Shown: in pieces, positions 17,938 to 28,016 of the stretch
How positions within the stretch are numbered: position 1 is the first letter of the stretch
How the letters are laid out: the number at the start of each line of letters is the position of its first letter
Sequence record: NC_042307.1
Strand: one strand, 5' to 3'
DNA length: 64,000 bases
From: a phage
Notes under the pieces: model-generated
The model's input: only the letters and a program-made list of their open reading frames with translations
What the model was told of the DNA's origin: nothing
The model's database searches: none
Made by a program: the position numbers and the translations under genes

Positions 17938-20505
17938 TTGAAAATTGCAGTAGTTGATAAAGCTCTAAATAACACTCGTTATGATAAACACTTCCAGCTT
18001 TATGGTGAGGAAGTTGATGTATTCCATATGTGTAACGAGAAGTTATCTGGTCGTTTGCTGAAAAAGCATATTACAATCGGAACTCCAGATAACCCGTTCG
18101 ATCCGAACGATTACGATTTTGTTGTGCTAGTCGGTGCTGAACCTTTCCTGTATTTCGCAGGTAAGAAAGGTATCGGTGATTATACTGGTAAACGTGTAGA
18201 GCATGGTGGCTATGCCAACTGGATTGCAAGTATTAGTCCAGCTCAGCTACACTTTAAACCTGAAATGAAACCAGTTTTCGATGCTACTGTTGAAAGTATT
18301 CACGACATTATTAATGGTCGTGAGAAGATTGCAAAAGCTGGTGATTATCGTCCTATTACTGATCCAGACGAAGCTGAAGAATACATCAAGATGGTGTATA
18401 ACATGGTTATCGGACCTATCGCATTCGACTCCGAAACCTCAGCTCTGTATGCTCGTGATGGTTATCTTCTTGGTGTTTCTATGTCTCACCAAGAGTATCA
18501 GGGTGTCTATATTGACTCTGACAGCATCACCGAAGTAGCTGTACATTATCTCCAGAAAATTCTGGATAGTGAAAACCACACTATTGTTTTTCACAACTTG
18601 AAGTTTGATATGCACTTTTATAAGTACCATCTGGGACTTTCCTTTGAGAAAGCGCATAAAGAGCGTAGACTTCACGATACCATGTTACAACACTATGTTC
18701 TCGATGAACGTCGTGGTACTCACGGCTTGAAATCTCTAGCAATGAAGTATACCGATATGGGTGACTATGACTTCGAACTAGATAAGTTCAAGGATGATTA
18801 TTGCAAGGCACATAAGATCAAAAAAGAGGATTTCAGCTATGATCTGATTCCTTTTGATATTATGTGGCCATATGCTGCAAAAGATACCGATGCTACTCTG
18901 CGTCTGCATAACTTCTTCTTACCAAAAATTGAGAAGAACGAAAAGCTTTGCAGTCTATACTACGAAGTTCTGATGCCTGGTTGTGTATTCCTGCAACGTG
19001 TTGAAGATCGTGGTGTACCGATTTCCGTTGATCGCTTGAAAGAAGCTCAGTATCAGTTGACTCATAATTTGAATAAAGCCCGGGAGAAACTGTACACTTA
19101 TCCAGAAGTCGTTCAGCTGGAGAAGGATCAGAACGAAGCGTTTAACCCGAACTCTGTTAAGCAACTCCGTGTTCTTCTGTTTGATTATGTTGGTTTGACT
19201 CCAACTGGTAAACTGACGGATACAGGTGCAGATTCTACAAATGCAGAAGCTCTGAATGAACTGGCTACTCAGCACCCGATTGCTAAAACTCTGCTAGAGA
19301 TTCGTAAGCTGACTAAGCTGATTTCTACTTATGTTGAGAAGATTCTTCTGAGCATCGATGCAGATGGTTGCATTCGTACAGGTTTCCACGAACACATGAC
19401 TACTTCTGGTCGTCTGAGTTCTTCTGGTAAGCTGAACCTGCAACAGTTACCACGTGATGAATCTATTATCAAGGGTTGTGTAGTAGCTCCTCCTGGATAT
19501 CGTGTAATCGCATGGGACTTAACAACTGCGGAAGTTTACTATGCTGCTGTTCTATCTGGTGACAGAAATATGCAACAAGTATTTATCAACATGAAGAATG
19601 AGCCTGATAAATACCCTGACTTCCACTCAAACATCGCACACATGGTATTTAAACTGACTTGTGAACCACGTGATGTTAAGAAGCTGTTCCCAGCTCTGCG
19701 TCAGGCTGCTAAGGCAATTACCTTCGGTATTCTGTATGGTTCTGGCCCAGCGAAAGTAGCTCATTCTGTTAACGAAGCTCTTCTGGAACAGGCTGCTAAG
19801 ACAGGCGAACCGTTTGTTGAATGTACCGTTGCAGATGCGAAGGACTATATCGAAACTTACTTCGGTCAGTTCCCTCAGCTTAAGCGTTGGATTGATAAGT
19901 GCCACGATCAGATCAAGAATCATGGATTTATCTATAGTCACTTTGGTCGTAAACGTCGTCTGCATAATATCCATTCCGAAGACCGTGGCGTTCAGGGTGA
20001 AGAAATTCGTTCTGGATTTAATGCAATCATTCAGTCTGCTTCTTCTGATAGTCTCCTTTTAGGTGCTGTAGATGCAGATAATGAGATCATTTCTCTTGGC
20101 TTAGAACAAGAGATGAAGATTGTTATGTTGGTTCATGACTCCGTAGTTGCTATTGTTCGTGAAGACTTGATTGATCAATACAATGAAATTCTGATTCGTA
20201 ATATTCAGAAAGACCGTGGTATCAGTATTCCTGGCTGTCCGATTGGTATTGATTCAGATTCTGAAGCTGGAGGTTCTCGTGACTATTCTTGTGGTAAGAT
20301 GAAGAAACAGCACCCATCAATCGCTTGTATTGATGATGATGAATATACTCGTTACGTTAAAGAAATGTTACTTGACGCAGATTTCGAGTATAAGAAATTA
20401 GCTGCAATGGATAAAGAGCATCCAGACCACAGCAAGTACAAGGATGATAAGTTTATTGCTGTATGTAAAGATTTGGATAATGTAAGAAGGATTCTCGGTG
20501 CTTAA
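17938..20505 (+). CDS. DNA polymerase, family A, with 3'-5' exonuclease domain
   Basis: 855 aa; TTG start with AAGGAG RBS; exo motif AFDSETSALY; Pol A motif B RQAAKAITFGILYG; motif C LVHDSVV. Confidence 0.9.
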   Translation: MKIAVVDKALNNTRYDKHFQLYGEEVDVFHMCNEKLSGRLLKKHITIGTPDNPFDPNDYDFVVLVGAEPFLYFAGKKGIGDYTGKRVEHGGYANWIASISPAQLHFKPEMKPVFDATVESIHDIINGREKIAKAGDYRPITDPDEAEEYIKMVYNMVIGPIAFDSETSALYARDGYLLGVSMSHQEYQGVYIDSDSITEVAVHYLQKILDSENHTIVFHNLKFDMHFYKYHLGLSFEKAHKERRLHDTMLQHYVLDERRGTHGLKSLAMKYTDMGDYDFELDKFKDDYCKAHKIKKEDFSYDLIPFDIMWPYAAKDTDATLRLHNFFLPKIEKNEKLCSLYYEVLMPGCVFLQRVEDRGVPISVDRLKEAQYQLTHNLNKAREKLYTYPEVVQLEKDQNEAFNPNSVKQLRVLLFDYVGLTPTGKLTDTGADSTNAEALNELATQHPIAKTLLEIRKLTKLISTYVEKILLSIDADGCIRTGFHEHMTTSGRLSSSGKLNLQQLPRDESIIKGCVVAPPGYRVIAWDLTTAEVYYAAVLSGDRNMQQVFINMKNEPDKYPDFHSNIAHMVFKLTCEPRDVKKLFPALRQAAKAITFGILYGSGPAKVAHSVNEALLEQAAKTGEPFVECTVADAKDYIETYFGQFPQLKRWIDKCHDQIKNHGFIYSHFGRKRRLHNIHSEDRGVQGEEIRSGFNAIIQSASSDSLLLGAVDADNEIISLGLEQEMKIVMLVHDSVVAIVREDLIDQYNEILIRNIQKDRGISIPGCPIGIDSDSEAGGSRDYSCGKMKKQHPSIACIDDDEYTRYVKEMLLDADFEYKKLAAMDKEHPDHSKYKDDKFIAVCKDLDNVRRILGA

Positions 20506-20995
20506 TTTCAAATTGCCCGTCTATGCGTTACGGGCGTTTGTATCAATTGAGCAGGAAGGTGATTATTCCATAATTACAACAAGATATAATAAATATGTGT
20601 TAGATAACAGGGAGTTGCCTGGCACATTCTCTCAACGTAGGTTAGCCTTATTTGAGAAGCGGAAAGAATTACCGTACAAGCTCTATCCTATTAGAGGTAG
20701 AATATCAATGTTGTCTCAATTAGTTGGGTCAAAGCGTAGCCAATTTATAGATTCTGATGGAAATCTTATTAACTGGAAGAAAACTACGTTCTATGATGTT
20801 GTCACCGCTAAAGTTTTGCATTCAGCTAGAATTTATAACGGAAAATACCAATGCTATGTAGCTAAAGTTCCATATCCATTTGTATTATCCTATGTTCCAG
20901 CTTATATAAGCTATATTCTGGTAAATAATAGCCCTGTTATTTATCAAGTCCATCAAGAGGAGCCTGAAATTCCTAGACTTAGAATAAAATTATGA
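20498..20995 (+). CDS. hypothetical protein
   Basis: 165-aa ORF overlapping polymerase stop and helicase start. Confidence 0.5.
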   Translation: MLNFKLPVYALRAFVSIEQEGDYSIITTRYNKYVLDNRELPGTFSQRRLALFEKRKELPYKLYPIRGRISMLSQLVGSKRSQFIDSDGNLINWKKTTFYDVVTAKVLHSARIYNGKYQCYVAKVPYPFVLSYVPAYISYILVNNSPVIYQVHQEEPEIPRLRIKL

Positions 20996-22338
20996 AGGTT
21001 GTTATATCTAATAAAGCCTATTTCAAGCCCGATGATGAACTTTGGGATTATTGTAGTAAGCAAACCACTTATCACATAGAGACAATGACTAGTAAATACC
21101 CTATTATGTATAAGAATAGTGGTGTTGTTGCCAAAGAGATTAAGTGGATTCCTATTACGCGTCTGGACTTATTAGATGCTAAAGGAATAAAATACGAATT
21201 AGTCGATAAACGCACATTAGCTCCGGTAGATATACCAGAACCGTCGTTTAAACTGCGTGAAGAAGATCAGCTTCCAATATACGAAGAATGCGATGATACC
21301 TGTATTATTAATGGTAAGCCTGGGTTTGGTAAAACTATCCTAGCACTTGCACTTGCGTATAAATTTGGCCAGAAAACTTTGGTAATCTGTACGAATACAT
21401 CCATTCGTGAAATGTGGGCGGCAGAAGTTCGTAAATGGTTTGGGTTTGAACCAGGCATCATAGGTTCTGGAAAGTACAATATTGATCCACCCATTGTGGT
21501 CAGTAATATTCAAACAGTGAATAAACATGCGAATAATCTTTCTAAAGTATTCGGTACTGTTATAGTTGATGAAGTTCACCATTGTGTGGCTACAACTTTC
21601 ACTAACTTCCTAGAAATATCATGTGCTCGCTATAAAATTGGACTATCCGGTACACTAAAACGAAAAGATGGTCTACAAGTTATGTTCAAAGATTTCTTTG
21701 GATATAAGATATTTAGCCCACCGGTTAATAATACTGTTGCACCTACAATCCATAGGTACTCCGTGCCTGTTGAGCTATCAGGAAACCAAAACGTACCGTG
21801 GGCATTACGTGCTAACGATGTGTATAACCATCCTGAATACCGAGAGACTATTATAAACCTAGCACATCTATATGTGAATATGGGGCATAAAGTACTCATT
21901 CTAAGTGATAGAACAGAGTTAATCCAAACAGTACTAGAAGCTCTTGCACAGCGTGGTGTTACAACCTATGAGATTATAGGTGCAACCCACTTAGATGACA
22001 GATTAAAAATTCAGGAAGATATAGCAAAAGGTGGGCCGTGTGTGCTTGCAGCAGCTCAAAGCATCTTCTCCGAAGGTATTTCACTTAACGAGCTGTCTTG
22101 TTTAATAATGGGGAGCCTCATTAATAATGAATCTCTCATTGAACAGCTTGCAGGCCGTGTTCAACGTATTGTCGAGGGTAAACTCGACCCAATCGTTGTA
22201 GATCTAATTATGAAAGGTGGCACTGGGTTAAGGCAGGCTTCTGGACGTATGGCCGTGTATCGCAATAACGCGTGGAAAGTAATCACAATGACCCCTGAGA
22301 AAGCTGTGAGATTAGCACAAGAAATATTTAAAACTTGA
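20992..22338 (+). CDS. SF2 DNA helicase (DEAH-like; T5 D10-like)
   Basis: Walker A GKPGFGKT, Walker B IVDEVHH, helicase C-terminal motifs (QLAGRVQR). Confidence 0.8.
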   Translation: MKVVISNKAYFKPDDELWDYCSKQTTYHIETMTSKYPIMYKNSGVVAKEIKWIPITRLDLLDAKGIKYELVDKRTLAPVDIPEPSFKLREEDQLPIYEECDDTCIINGKPGFGKTILALALAYKFGQKTLVICTNTSIREMWAAEVRKWFGFEPGIIGSGKYNIDPPIVVSNIQTVNKHANNLSKVFGTVIVDEVHHCVATTFTNFLEISCARYKIGLSGTLKRKDGLQVMFKDFFGYKIFSPPVNNTVAPTIHRYSVPVELSGNQNVPWALRANDVYNHPEYRETIINLAHLYVNMGHKVLILSDRTELIQTVLEALAQRGVTTYEIIGATHLDDRLKIQEDIAKGGPCVLAAAQSIFSEGISLNELSCLIMGSLINNESLIEQLAGRVQRIVEGKLDPIVVDLIMKGGTGLRQASGRMAVYRNNAWKVITMTPEKAVRLAQEIFKT

Positions 22339-22339
22339 C

Positions 22340-22873
22340 ATGATAACTCAACAAAGATTAAAAGAATTACTAATATATGATCCAGATTCTGGCCACTTTA
22401 TTAACAAGGTGTCCAGGGGCAGAGGAGGTAAAATTGGGGCTATTGCTGGAAGTCCTGATAAAGATGGATATATAATCATAGGTATAGATAGGAAATCTTA
22501 TAAAGCCCATCGCTTAGCCTTCTTGTACATGGAAGGCTATATGCCTACTGAAGTAGACCACGATAATAGAATACCTTATGATAATAAATGGAGTAACTTA
22601 AAAGATTCTTCTCATTCGGAAAATATGAAAAACCGTAACCCTTATAGTAAATCTGGTTATAAAGGAGTTACGTGGAATAAGGTTAAGAAGAAATGGCAAG
22701 TACAAGTGTGTAGGTCAGATGGTTCTACAGTTTATGGTGGGTTATTCCCTTATGAAGAATTAGAGTTAGCTATAAATAAAGCTAATGAACTTAGAGTACA
22801 GCATCTAGGTATGGATTCCAGGCAAGAACTATTTAAAGGATATATTTGCCGACGTGAGGACTTAGATAAGTAA
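22340..22873 (+). CDS. HNH homing endonuclease
   Basis: MITQQRLKELLIYDPDSGHF..., YKAHRLAFLYMEGYMPTEVDHDNR. Confidence 0.8.
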   Translation: MITQQRLKELLIYDPDSGHFINKVSRGRGGKIGAIAGSPDKDGYIIIGIDRKSYKAHRLAFLYMEGYMPTEVDHDNRIPYDNKWSNLKDSSHSENMKNRNPYSKSGYKGVTWNKVKKKWQVQVCRSDGSTVYGGLFPYEELELAINKANELRVQHLGMDSRQELFKGYICRREDLDK

Positions 22874-22881
22874 AATTGCAT

Positions 22882-22910
22882 TTGGCAACTGCTCATAATT
22901 ATTGTATAAT
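22882..22910 (+). promoter_or_regulatory. T5 early-type promoter (first of tandem pair)
   Basis: ttggca 22882-22887, 17-bp spacer, tataat 22905-22910, then cataaatttgagagag. Confidence 0.55.
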
Positions 22911-22981
22911 ATACACATAAATTTGAGAGAGAAAGTTTCGGATTGATAAGAAAGTCCGAAGCAGAAAAATAAAAATTGTAC

Positions 22982-23011
22982 TTGTCAAATCCTCCCGATT
23001 TAATGTATAAT
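22982..23011 (+). promoter_or_regulatory. T5 early-type promoter (second of tandem pair)
   Basis: ttgtca 22982-22987, 18-bp spacer, tataat 23006-23011, then cataaattgatgagagac. Confidence 0.55.
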
Positions 23012-23038
23012 ATATACATAAATTGATGAGAGACAAAA

Positions 23039-23401
23039 ATGAAATTCTTTGATTACGAGAGAATTTACCTCTTAGCTAGAGGAAACTCCGACCTGATTGT
23101 CAAGCTATTTAATAGAATGCTTGCAGAGCCTGATGCTCACCAACTACTGGTCGGTTATTCATTCATCTTGAATGAATCAACTATTGTTGATAACCCTTAC
23201 AAATTGTCTAATAGACAACTGGCAGAATATCTAGGAATTCTAAGTCTACGAAATTATGCCGAATATAAGTTTACAAACGATCCGAGTTTGGACATGCAAT
23301 ATGTTCCCATATGGATACCACGTTCTGTAATCGACACTAACCCACTAATTGCAATCAATAAATCGAAGATAATCTTTAAAGAGGAAATAAAATATGGCTA
23401 A
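23039..23401 (+). CDS. hypothetical protein
   Basis: 120-aa ORF downstream of tandem promoters. Confidence 0.55.
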   Translation: MKFFDYERIYLLARGNSDLIVKLFNRMLAEPDAHQLLVGYSFILNESTIVDNPYKLSNRQLAEYLGILSLRNYAEYKFTNDPSLDMQYVPIWIPRSVIDTNPLIAINKSKIIFKEEIKYG

Positions 23402-24167
23402 GTCTTGGGGCGAAACTACTGGCGGTTCTAACGATAAAATCGACTTCCTGAAATTCAACAACGGTGTAACTCGCGTTCGTATCGTTTCTGGTGTTCTTCC
23501 ACGTTATGTCTACTGGCTGACTAACAAAGATGGTAATGCAGCTCCATTTGAGTGCCTGCGTTTCAACCGTACTAAAGAGAGCTTCGTTCGCGGTAAAGCT
23601 GACCCGATTCACGAAATGGGCTTCTTCGAAAAAGAGCTGGACAAAGATGGTAATCGTGTTCCGCTGAAACCGAAGAAAAACTACATTGCTTTCGTTATCG
23701 ACCGTTCCGATAACAAACTGAAAGTTATGGAAGTTAAAGCTACTATCCTGAAAGGCATCCAGTCTATCATGAAGCAGCTTGAACTGGCAGATCCATTCGA
23801 TATCGATATTTCTATCGAGAAGAAAGGTAAAGGCTTCGATACTGAGTACGATGTACAGCAGATCGCAGCAATGCAGTTCCAGATGAAACTAAAAGATCCT
23901 ACCAGTGCTGAGTCTAAACTGCACGCCGCTGATGTTGATATCCTCGGTGAAGCTATGTGTGATGATACTGGTGAGTTCATCAAGTTCGAAAAGGTTCCTT
24001 CTCTGGAAGAAACCTACCCGGTTCCGTCCTACGAAGAGCAGAAAGAAGCTATTCTCGCCTTCATGGAAGGTCGTGAGAAGCAAGACGGCGGTGACGCTAA
24101 GTCTGGTGGAGATGCTGGTTCTCAGAAAGGCATCGACGCTGAAGCTGCTAGCGATCTGGACGACTAA
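23394..24167 (+). CDS. highly expressed protein with acidic C-terminal tail (putative ssDNA-binding / replication accessory protein)
   Basis: 257 aa; host-optimal codon usage; C-terminus GDAGSQKGIDAEAASDLDD resembles SSB acidic tails; function inferred. Confidence 0.45.
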   Translation: MAKSWGETTGGSNDKIDFLKFNNGVTRVRIVSGVLPRYVYWLTNKDGNAAPFECLRFNRTKESFVRGKADPIHEMGFFEKELDKDGNRVPLKPKKNYIAFVIDRSDNKLKVMEVKATILKGIQSIMKQLELADPFDIDISIEKKGKGFDTEYDVQQIAAMQFQMKLKDPTSAESKLHAADVDILGEAMCDDTGEFIKFEKVPSLEETYPVPSYEEQKEAILAFMEGREKQDGGDAKSGGDAGSQKGIDAEAASDLDD

Positions 24168-24174
24168 TAAACCA

Positions 24175-24201
24175 AGGGGAGCTACGGCTCCCTTTCTTTT
24201 T
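24175..24201 (+). terminator. rho-independent terminator
   Basis: gggagc-tacg-gctccc followed by tttcttttt. Confidence 0.6.
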
Positions 24202-24206
24202 AACTT

Positions 24207-24737
24207 ATGAGAAATAAGCTATATTCCTTATTTTTGGAAGACCCTAAAAAATTCATTTTATTAGTAAATAAATTCAGAGAAAGATTTTCCTATGATCCTG
24301 AGTCCGGGCTACTCTCTAGGAAAATAGGAACGGGTGGTCAGTTACCAGGATCTATAGTAGGCACGGATAATGGAAAAGGATATTTAAGAACCTCATTTAA
24401 TAAGGAGCAGTATCTTGTACATTTAATTATTTATGCCATGCAGACTAATGAAATGGCAGAAGTAGTAGATCACAAAGACTTAGATAAGAAGAATAATAGA
24501 TGGAGTAATCTAAGACCAACTAATAAATCAGGTAATGAAAGAAACACAAGCGTAAGATCTAATAGTACCACAGGTGTTAAAAATGTATATTGGATACCTG
24601 GGAGACATAAGTATAGGGTTCAGTTTAAAATCCACGGAGAAACAAAATACTTTGGATATTATGATACTATTCAAGAAGCAGAAGTAGTAGCTGATAGGGA
24701 ACGTAGGCGACTACACGGAGAATTTGCCAGATCATGA
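24207..24737 (+). CDS. HNH homing endonuclease
   Basis: N-terminal FSYDPESGLLSRK and HNH core YLVHLIIYAMQTNEMAEVVDHKD; ATGA overlap with downstream nuclease gene. Confidence 0.75.
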   Translation: MRNKLYSLFLEDPKKFILLVNKFRERFSYDPESGLLSRKIGTGGQLPGSIVGTDNGKGYLRTSFNKEQYLVHLIIYAMQTNEMAEVVDHKDLDKKNNRWSNLRPTNKSGNERNTSVRSNSTTGVKNVYWIPGRHKYRVQFKIHGETKYFGYYDTIQEAEVVADRERRRLHGEFARS

Positions 24738-25711
24738 AAATACTATTTAGTGCTGATCACCATATAAAACTTGGGCAAGATAAAATTCCCAAAGAATGGC
24801 AGAAGAAAAGATTCTTAATGCTGGGAGACCGTCTAAATGATATATTCCATAATCATAACTGTGATTTGCATATTATTGGTGGTGATTTATTTGATCATTC
24901 CGACCCGTCGTCGGAAGAAGTAGAACTTCTAGAAAAATTTATGTCTAGGCTAGATCATATAGGAATGGTATTTACAGGTAATCATGAATTAATAACTAAA
25001 ACCATTTCATGTCTATACCATTATGCGGGAGTTATTAATAAAGTAACTAGTGGGAAGTGGGAAGTAATTACCAAACCATATCGTTCCCCTGAATTTGATA
25101 TTGTTCCGTATGATGAGATTCATAAACCCAAGTGGAAACCTGCTGAATCAAAACTATGTTTCACGCATGTTCGTGGTGAAATCCCTCCACATGTAAAACC
25201 AGAAATTGATCTAACTAAGTACAACTGTTATGATACTGTAATTGCTGGCGATTTACATTCTTATACTAATAGCCAGACTATCGGATCTACTAGACTCCTC
25301 TATCCAGGGTCTCCATTAACTACATCGTTCCATAGAGAACGCACAAAAGGTACAAATGGTTGCTTTATCATTGATACCGACACATTAAAAGTAGAATGGA
25401 TTGAACTAGGTGATTTACCACAACTGATTCGTAAAACAATCGGAGCAGGTGAAGAGATGGAACCTAGTGATTATGATCGTGTAGTCTACGAAGTTACTGG
25501 TGACGTTGTTCAATTAAAGTCTATCAAAGACTCTGATTTATTAGATAAGAAGATTAACCATCGAGTTACTAAAGACGCTAAGTTAAATCTTGTTGATCTT
25601 GATATGTTAGGTGAACTTGAACTTTACTTCCGTGAAGTCGAGAAGTTATCTCAAGGCGACATTGATAGAATCTTGGCTAGAGCTGCGAAATATGTCAAAG
25701 ATTACAATTAA
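24734..25711 (+). CDS. Mre11/SbcD-like nuclease (calcineurin-like phosphoesterase; T5 D12-like)
   Basis: Motifs SADHH, GGDLFD, GNHE, GDLH in canonical order. Confidence 0.8.
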   Translation: MKILFSADHHIKLGQDKIPKEWQKKRFLMLGDRLNDIFHNHNCDLHIIGGDLFDHSDPSSEEVELLEKFMSRLDHIGMVFTGNHELITKTISCLYHYAGVINKVTSGKWEVITKPYRSPEFDIVPYDEIHKPKWKPAESKLCFTHVRGEIPPHVKPEIDLTKYNCYDTVIAGDLHSYTNSQTIGSTRLLYPGSPLTTSFHRERTKGTNGCFIIDTDTLKVEWIELGDLPQLIRKTIGAGEEMEPSDYDRVVYEVTGDVVQLKSIKDSDLLDKKINHRVTKDAKLNLVDLDMLGELELYFREVEKLSQGDIDRILARAAKYVKDYN

Positions 25712-27530
25712 GACACTAAAATTTAGTAACGTTATGTCTTACGGTAAGGACATCGTAATTCATTTCGATAAGAATCCAGTTACTCAACTAATTGGGGGCA
25801 ATGGGCTAGGGAAGTCCACTATTGCTACGGTTATCGAGGAGTTGTTTTATAACAAGAACTCTCGAGGTATCAAGAAGGATGCATTGTTCTCTTGGAATGC
25901 CCCTAAGAAAGAATACGATATGCACGCTTACTTCTCAAAAGATGAAGATGAGTATGAACTGCATAAAGTAGTTAAATCAACTGCTAAAGTTACACTCATT
26001 AAGAATGGAGAAGATATTAGTGGGCATACGGCAACCCAAACATATAAGATGATTGAAGAGATTATGGGTGGTGACTTTCAAACATTCACCAAACTAATTT
26101 ATCAATCAGTGGGTTCCAACCTAGATTTTCTAAAAGCAACGGATGCAACACGTAAGGCTTTTCTTGTTAACTTGTTCAATCAAGAGCAATACAAAGAAAT
26201 GTCGGAAACTATTAAGGCTGACCGTAAAGAAATAGCAAATACCCTAAATAATTTGCAGGGTCAGATGGCTGTAATTACGAAAATCCTTAATGGGAAAAAT
26301 AATCTAGGAACTTTGCAGGAACCTGTAGAAGTACCGGAGTTTGATGAAGAGCCATTAGCACAAGAACTTACTGAATCGAAAATTAAGGCGGCATTAGCCA
26401 AGTCACAAGAGGCTAATATTACTAAACTCCGTAATTTGGACAAAGCTGTACAAGTTGCCGAACAATCTTTCGAGCCTTTCAAAAATTTCCCTGCGCCCAC
26501 TGACCAATCTGAAGAGATCTCAAGTGTTACGCGTGACTTAACGATTGTTACCTCACGTGCGGGAGAAGTCAAGAAACGTTATCAGAAGTTTAAGCAAGAG
26601 GCTTCAAATACTGAATGTCCTACTTGTGGTACGCATCTTGATACAACTGCTGCTCAAAAAGCAATGGATATGGCTAGAACAGAATATGATCCTCTGTTTA
26701 AAGAGAAACAATCTCTCGAAGCTACATTGGAGCAGTTAAAGAAAGAACAACTCGAGTACGCTGCGTATACTAGAGCTAAGGATGCTTTAGATAAGGCAGT
26801 AGCAGCTAGAGACGAGTTCAAAAATTCAATGAGTGATGCTTCTTTTGAAGAACTCAATGTGCAAATCCTACAGGTGCAAATACGACAATTAGAACAGGAA
26901 ATCGCTGATGGACGTTCTAAAGTTGCAATTGCCAAAGAGCATAATGCAAATGTCGAATTAGCCAATGCAAAATATAAAGCAAAGCTAGAACAGATTGAGA
27001 AAGCAGAAGCAGAAATGACTGAGATTACTTCCAAACTTGATGGAGTAGCCGAAGCTGTAGCTGATCTTGATATTCTGATCGCTGCATTGAAAAATCTGGT
27101 AGGATATAAACTAGAGCATAGTGTGAAAGTATTTGAGGAATTGATTAATAAATATCTTTCTATTATGACTGGTGGTAAGTTCGCACTTGGATTTGAACTT
27201 GATGAAACTAAATTACAAGTAGTAATCTTCAATGATGGAAACCGTACCAGTATGGAGAACTGCTCTACTGGTCAGCAAAGTAGAATTAACCTAGCAACTC
27301 TGTTAGCAATTCGAATGCTGTTAACATCTATTAGTAAAGTTAATATTAATCTTCTGTTCCTTGACGAAGTTATTAGCTTTATTGATACGAAAGGACTTGA
27401 TACTCTCGTTGAATTATTAAATGAGGAAGATAGTCTGAATTCTATCATTGTTTCTCATGGGCACTCCCATCCGCTGGCACATAAGATTACTGTCAAAAAA
27501 GATGCAGAAGGATTTTCCTATTTAGAATAA
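25692..27530 (+). CDS. Rad50/SbcC-like ATPase (T5 D13-like)
   Basis: Walker A GGNGLGKST, long coiled-coil, zinc-hook CPTCG, D-loop/Walker B LLFLDEVISFID; start set at ATG 25692. Confidence 0.8.
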   Translation: MSKITIKTLKFSNVMSYGKDIVIHFDKNPVTQLIGGNGLGKSTIATVIEELFYNKNSRGIKKDALFSWNAPKKEYDMHAYFSKDEDEYELHKVVKSTAKVTLIKNGEDISGHTATQTYKMIEEIMGGDFQTFTKLIYQSVGSNLDFLKATDATRKAFLVNLFNQEQYKEMSETIKADRKEIANTLNNLQGQMAVITKILNGKNNLGTLQEPVEVPEFDEEPLAQELTESKIKAALAKSQEANITKLRNLDKAVQVAEQSFEPFKNFPAPTDQSEEISSVTRDLTIVTSRAGEVKKRYQKFKQEASNTECPTCGTHLDTTAAQKAMDMARTEYDPLFKEKQSLEATLEQLKKEQLEYAAYTRAKDALDKAVAARDEFKNSMSDASFEELNVQILQVQIRQLEQEIADGRSKVAIAKEHNANVELANAKYKAKLEQIEKAEAEMTEITSKLDGVAEAVADLDILIAALKNLVGYKLEHSVKVFEELINKYLSIMTGGKFALGFELDETKLQVVIFNDGNRTSMENCSTGQQSRINLATLLAIRMLLTSISKVNINLLFLDEVISFIDTKGLDTLVELLNEEDSLNSIIVSHGHSHPLAHKITVKKDAEGFSYLE

Positions 27531-27533
27531 AAC

Positions 27534-28016
27534 ATGGCCGTAGATAGTAGAGAGAAAGGTAAACGTGGTGAATATCAGGTAAGAGATATACTACGTGAAC
27601 GTACAGGTCTTGAGTGGGAACGTGTTCCAGGTTCTGGTGCTTTTGGCCAGAGCCATGGACTGAAGGGTGACATCTACCTTCCACCACAAAGCGGACACAT
27701 TAGTAAATACTGCTTCGAAGTTAAGTGGTATAAAGATGATAACATATCAAGTAATTTATTTAACGTTGGTGAATCCACTCTAGAGAAGTGGTGGCAGCAG
27801 TGTTCCCGTGAAGGTGAACAGATGAACTCCAAACCAGCCTTAATATTCAAGAAAGACAGAGGACAGTGGTTAATTGCTTTGGATAGCTCAGACCCTATGG
27901 TCGACAACTTAATGAGTCGTACCCATATGGTGTTAAATAAGAAAGACATGGAAATCGTAATCGGGTTATTCGAACCGTGGTTACATCACGCATCTGTTGA
28001 GGACTTAATTAAATAA
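27534..28016 (+). CDS. Hjc-like Holliday-junction resolvase / PD-(D/E)xK nuclease-like protein (T5 D14-like)
   Basis: KGKRGEYQVRDILRERTG...GSG...GDIY...YCFEVKW pattern resembles archaeal Hjc/RecB-family nuclease core. Confidence 0.5.
   Translation: MAVDSREKGKRGEYQVRDILRERTGLEWERVPGSGAFGQSHGLKGDIYLPPQSGHISKYCFEVKWYKDDNISSNLFNVGESTLEKWWQQCSREGEQMNSKPALIFKKDRGQWLIALDSSDPMVDNLMSRTHMVLNKKDMEIVIGLFEPWLHHASVEDLIK

Noticed and set aside
26654-27232. 192-aa minus-strand ORF inside the Rad50-like gene
   Set aside because: Ser/Ala-rich low-complexity translation antisense to a gene with clear Walker and zinc-hook motifs.
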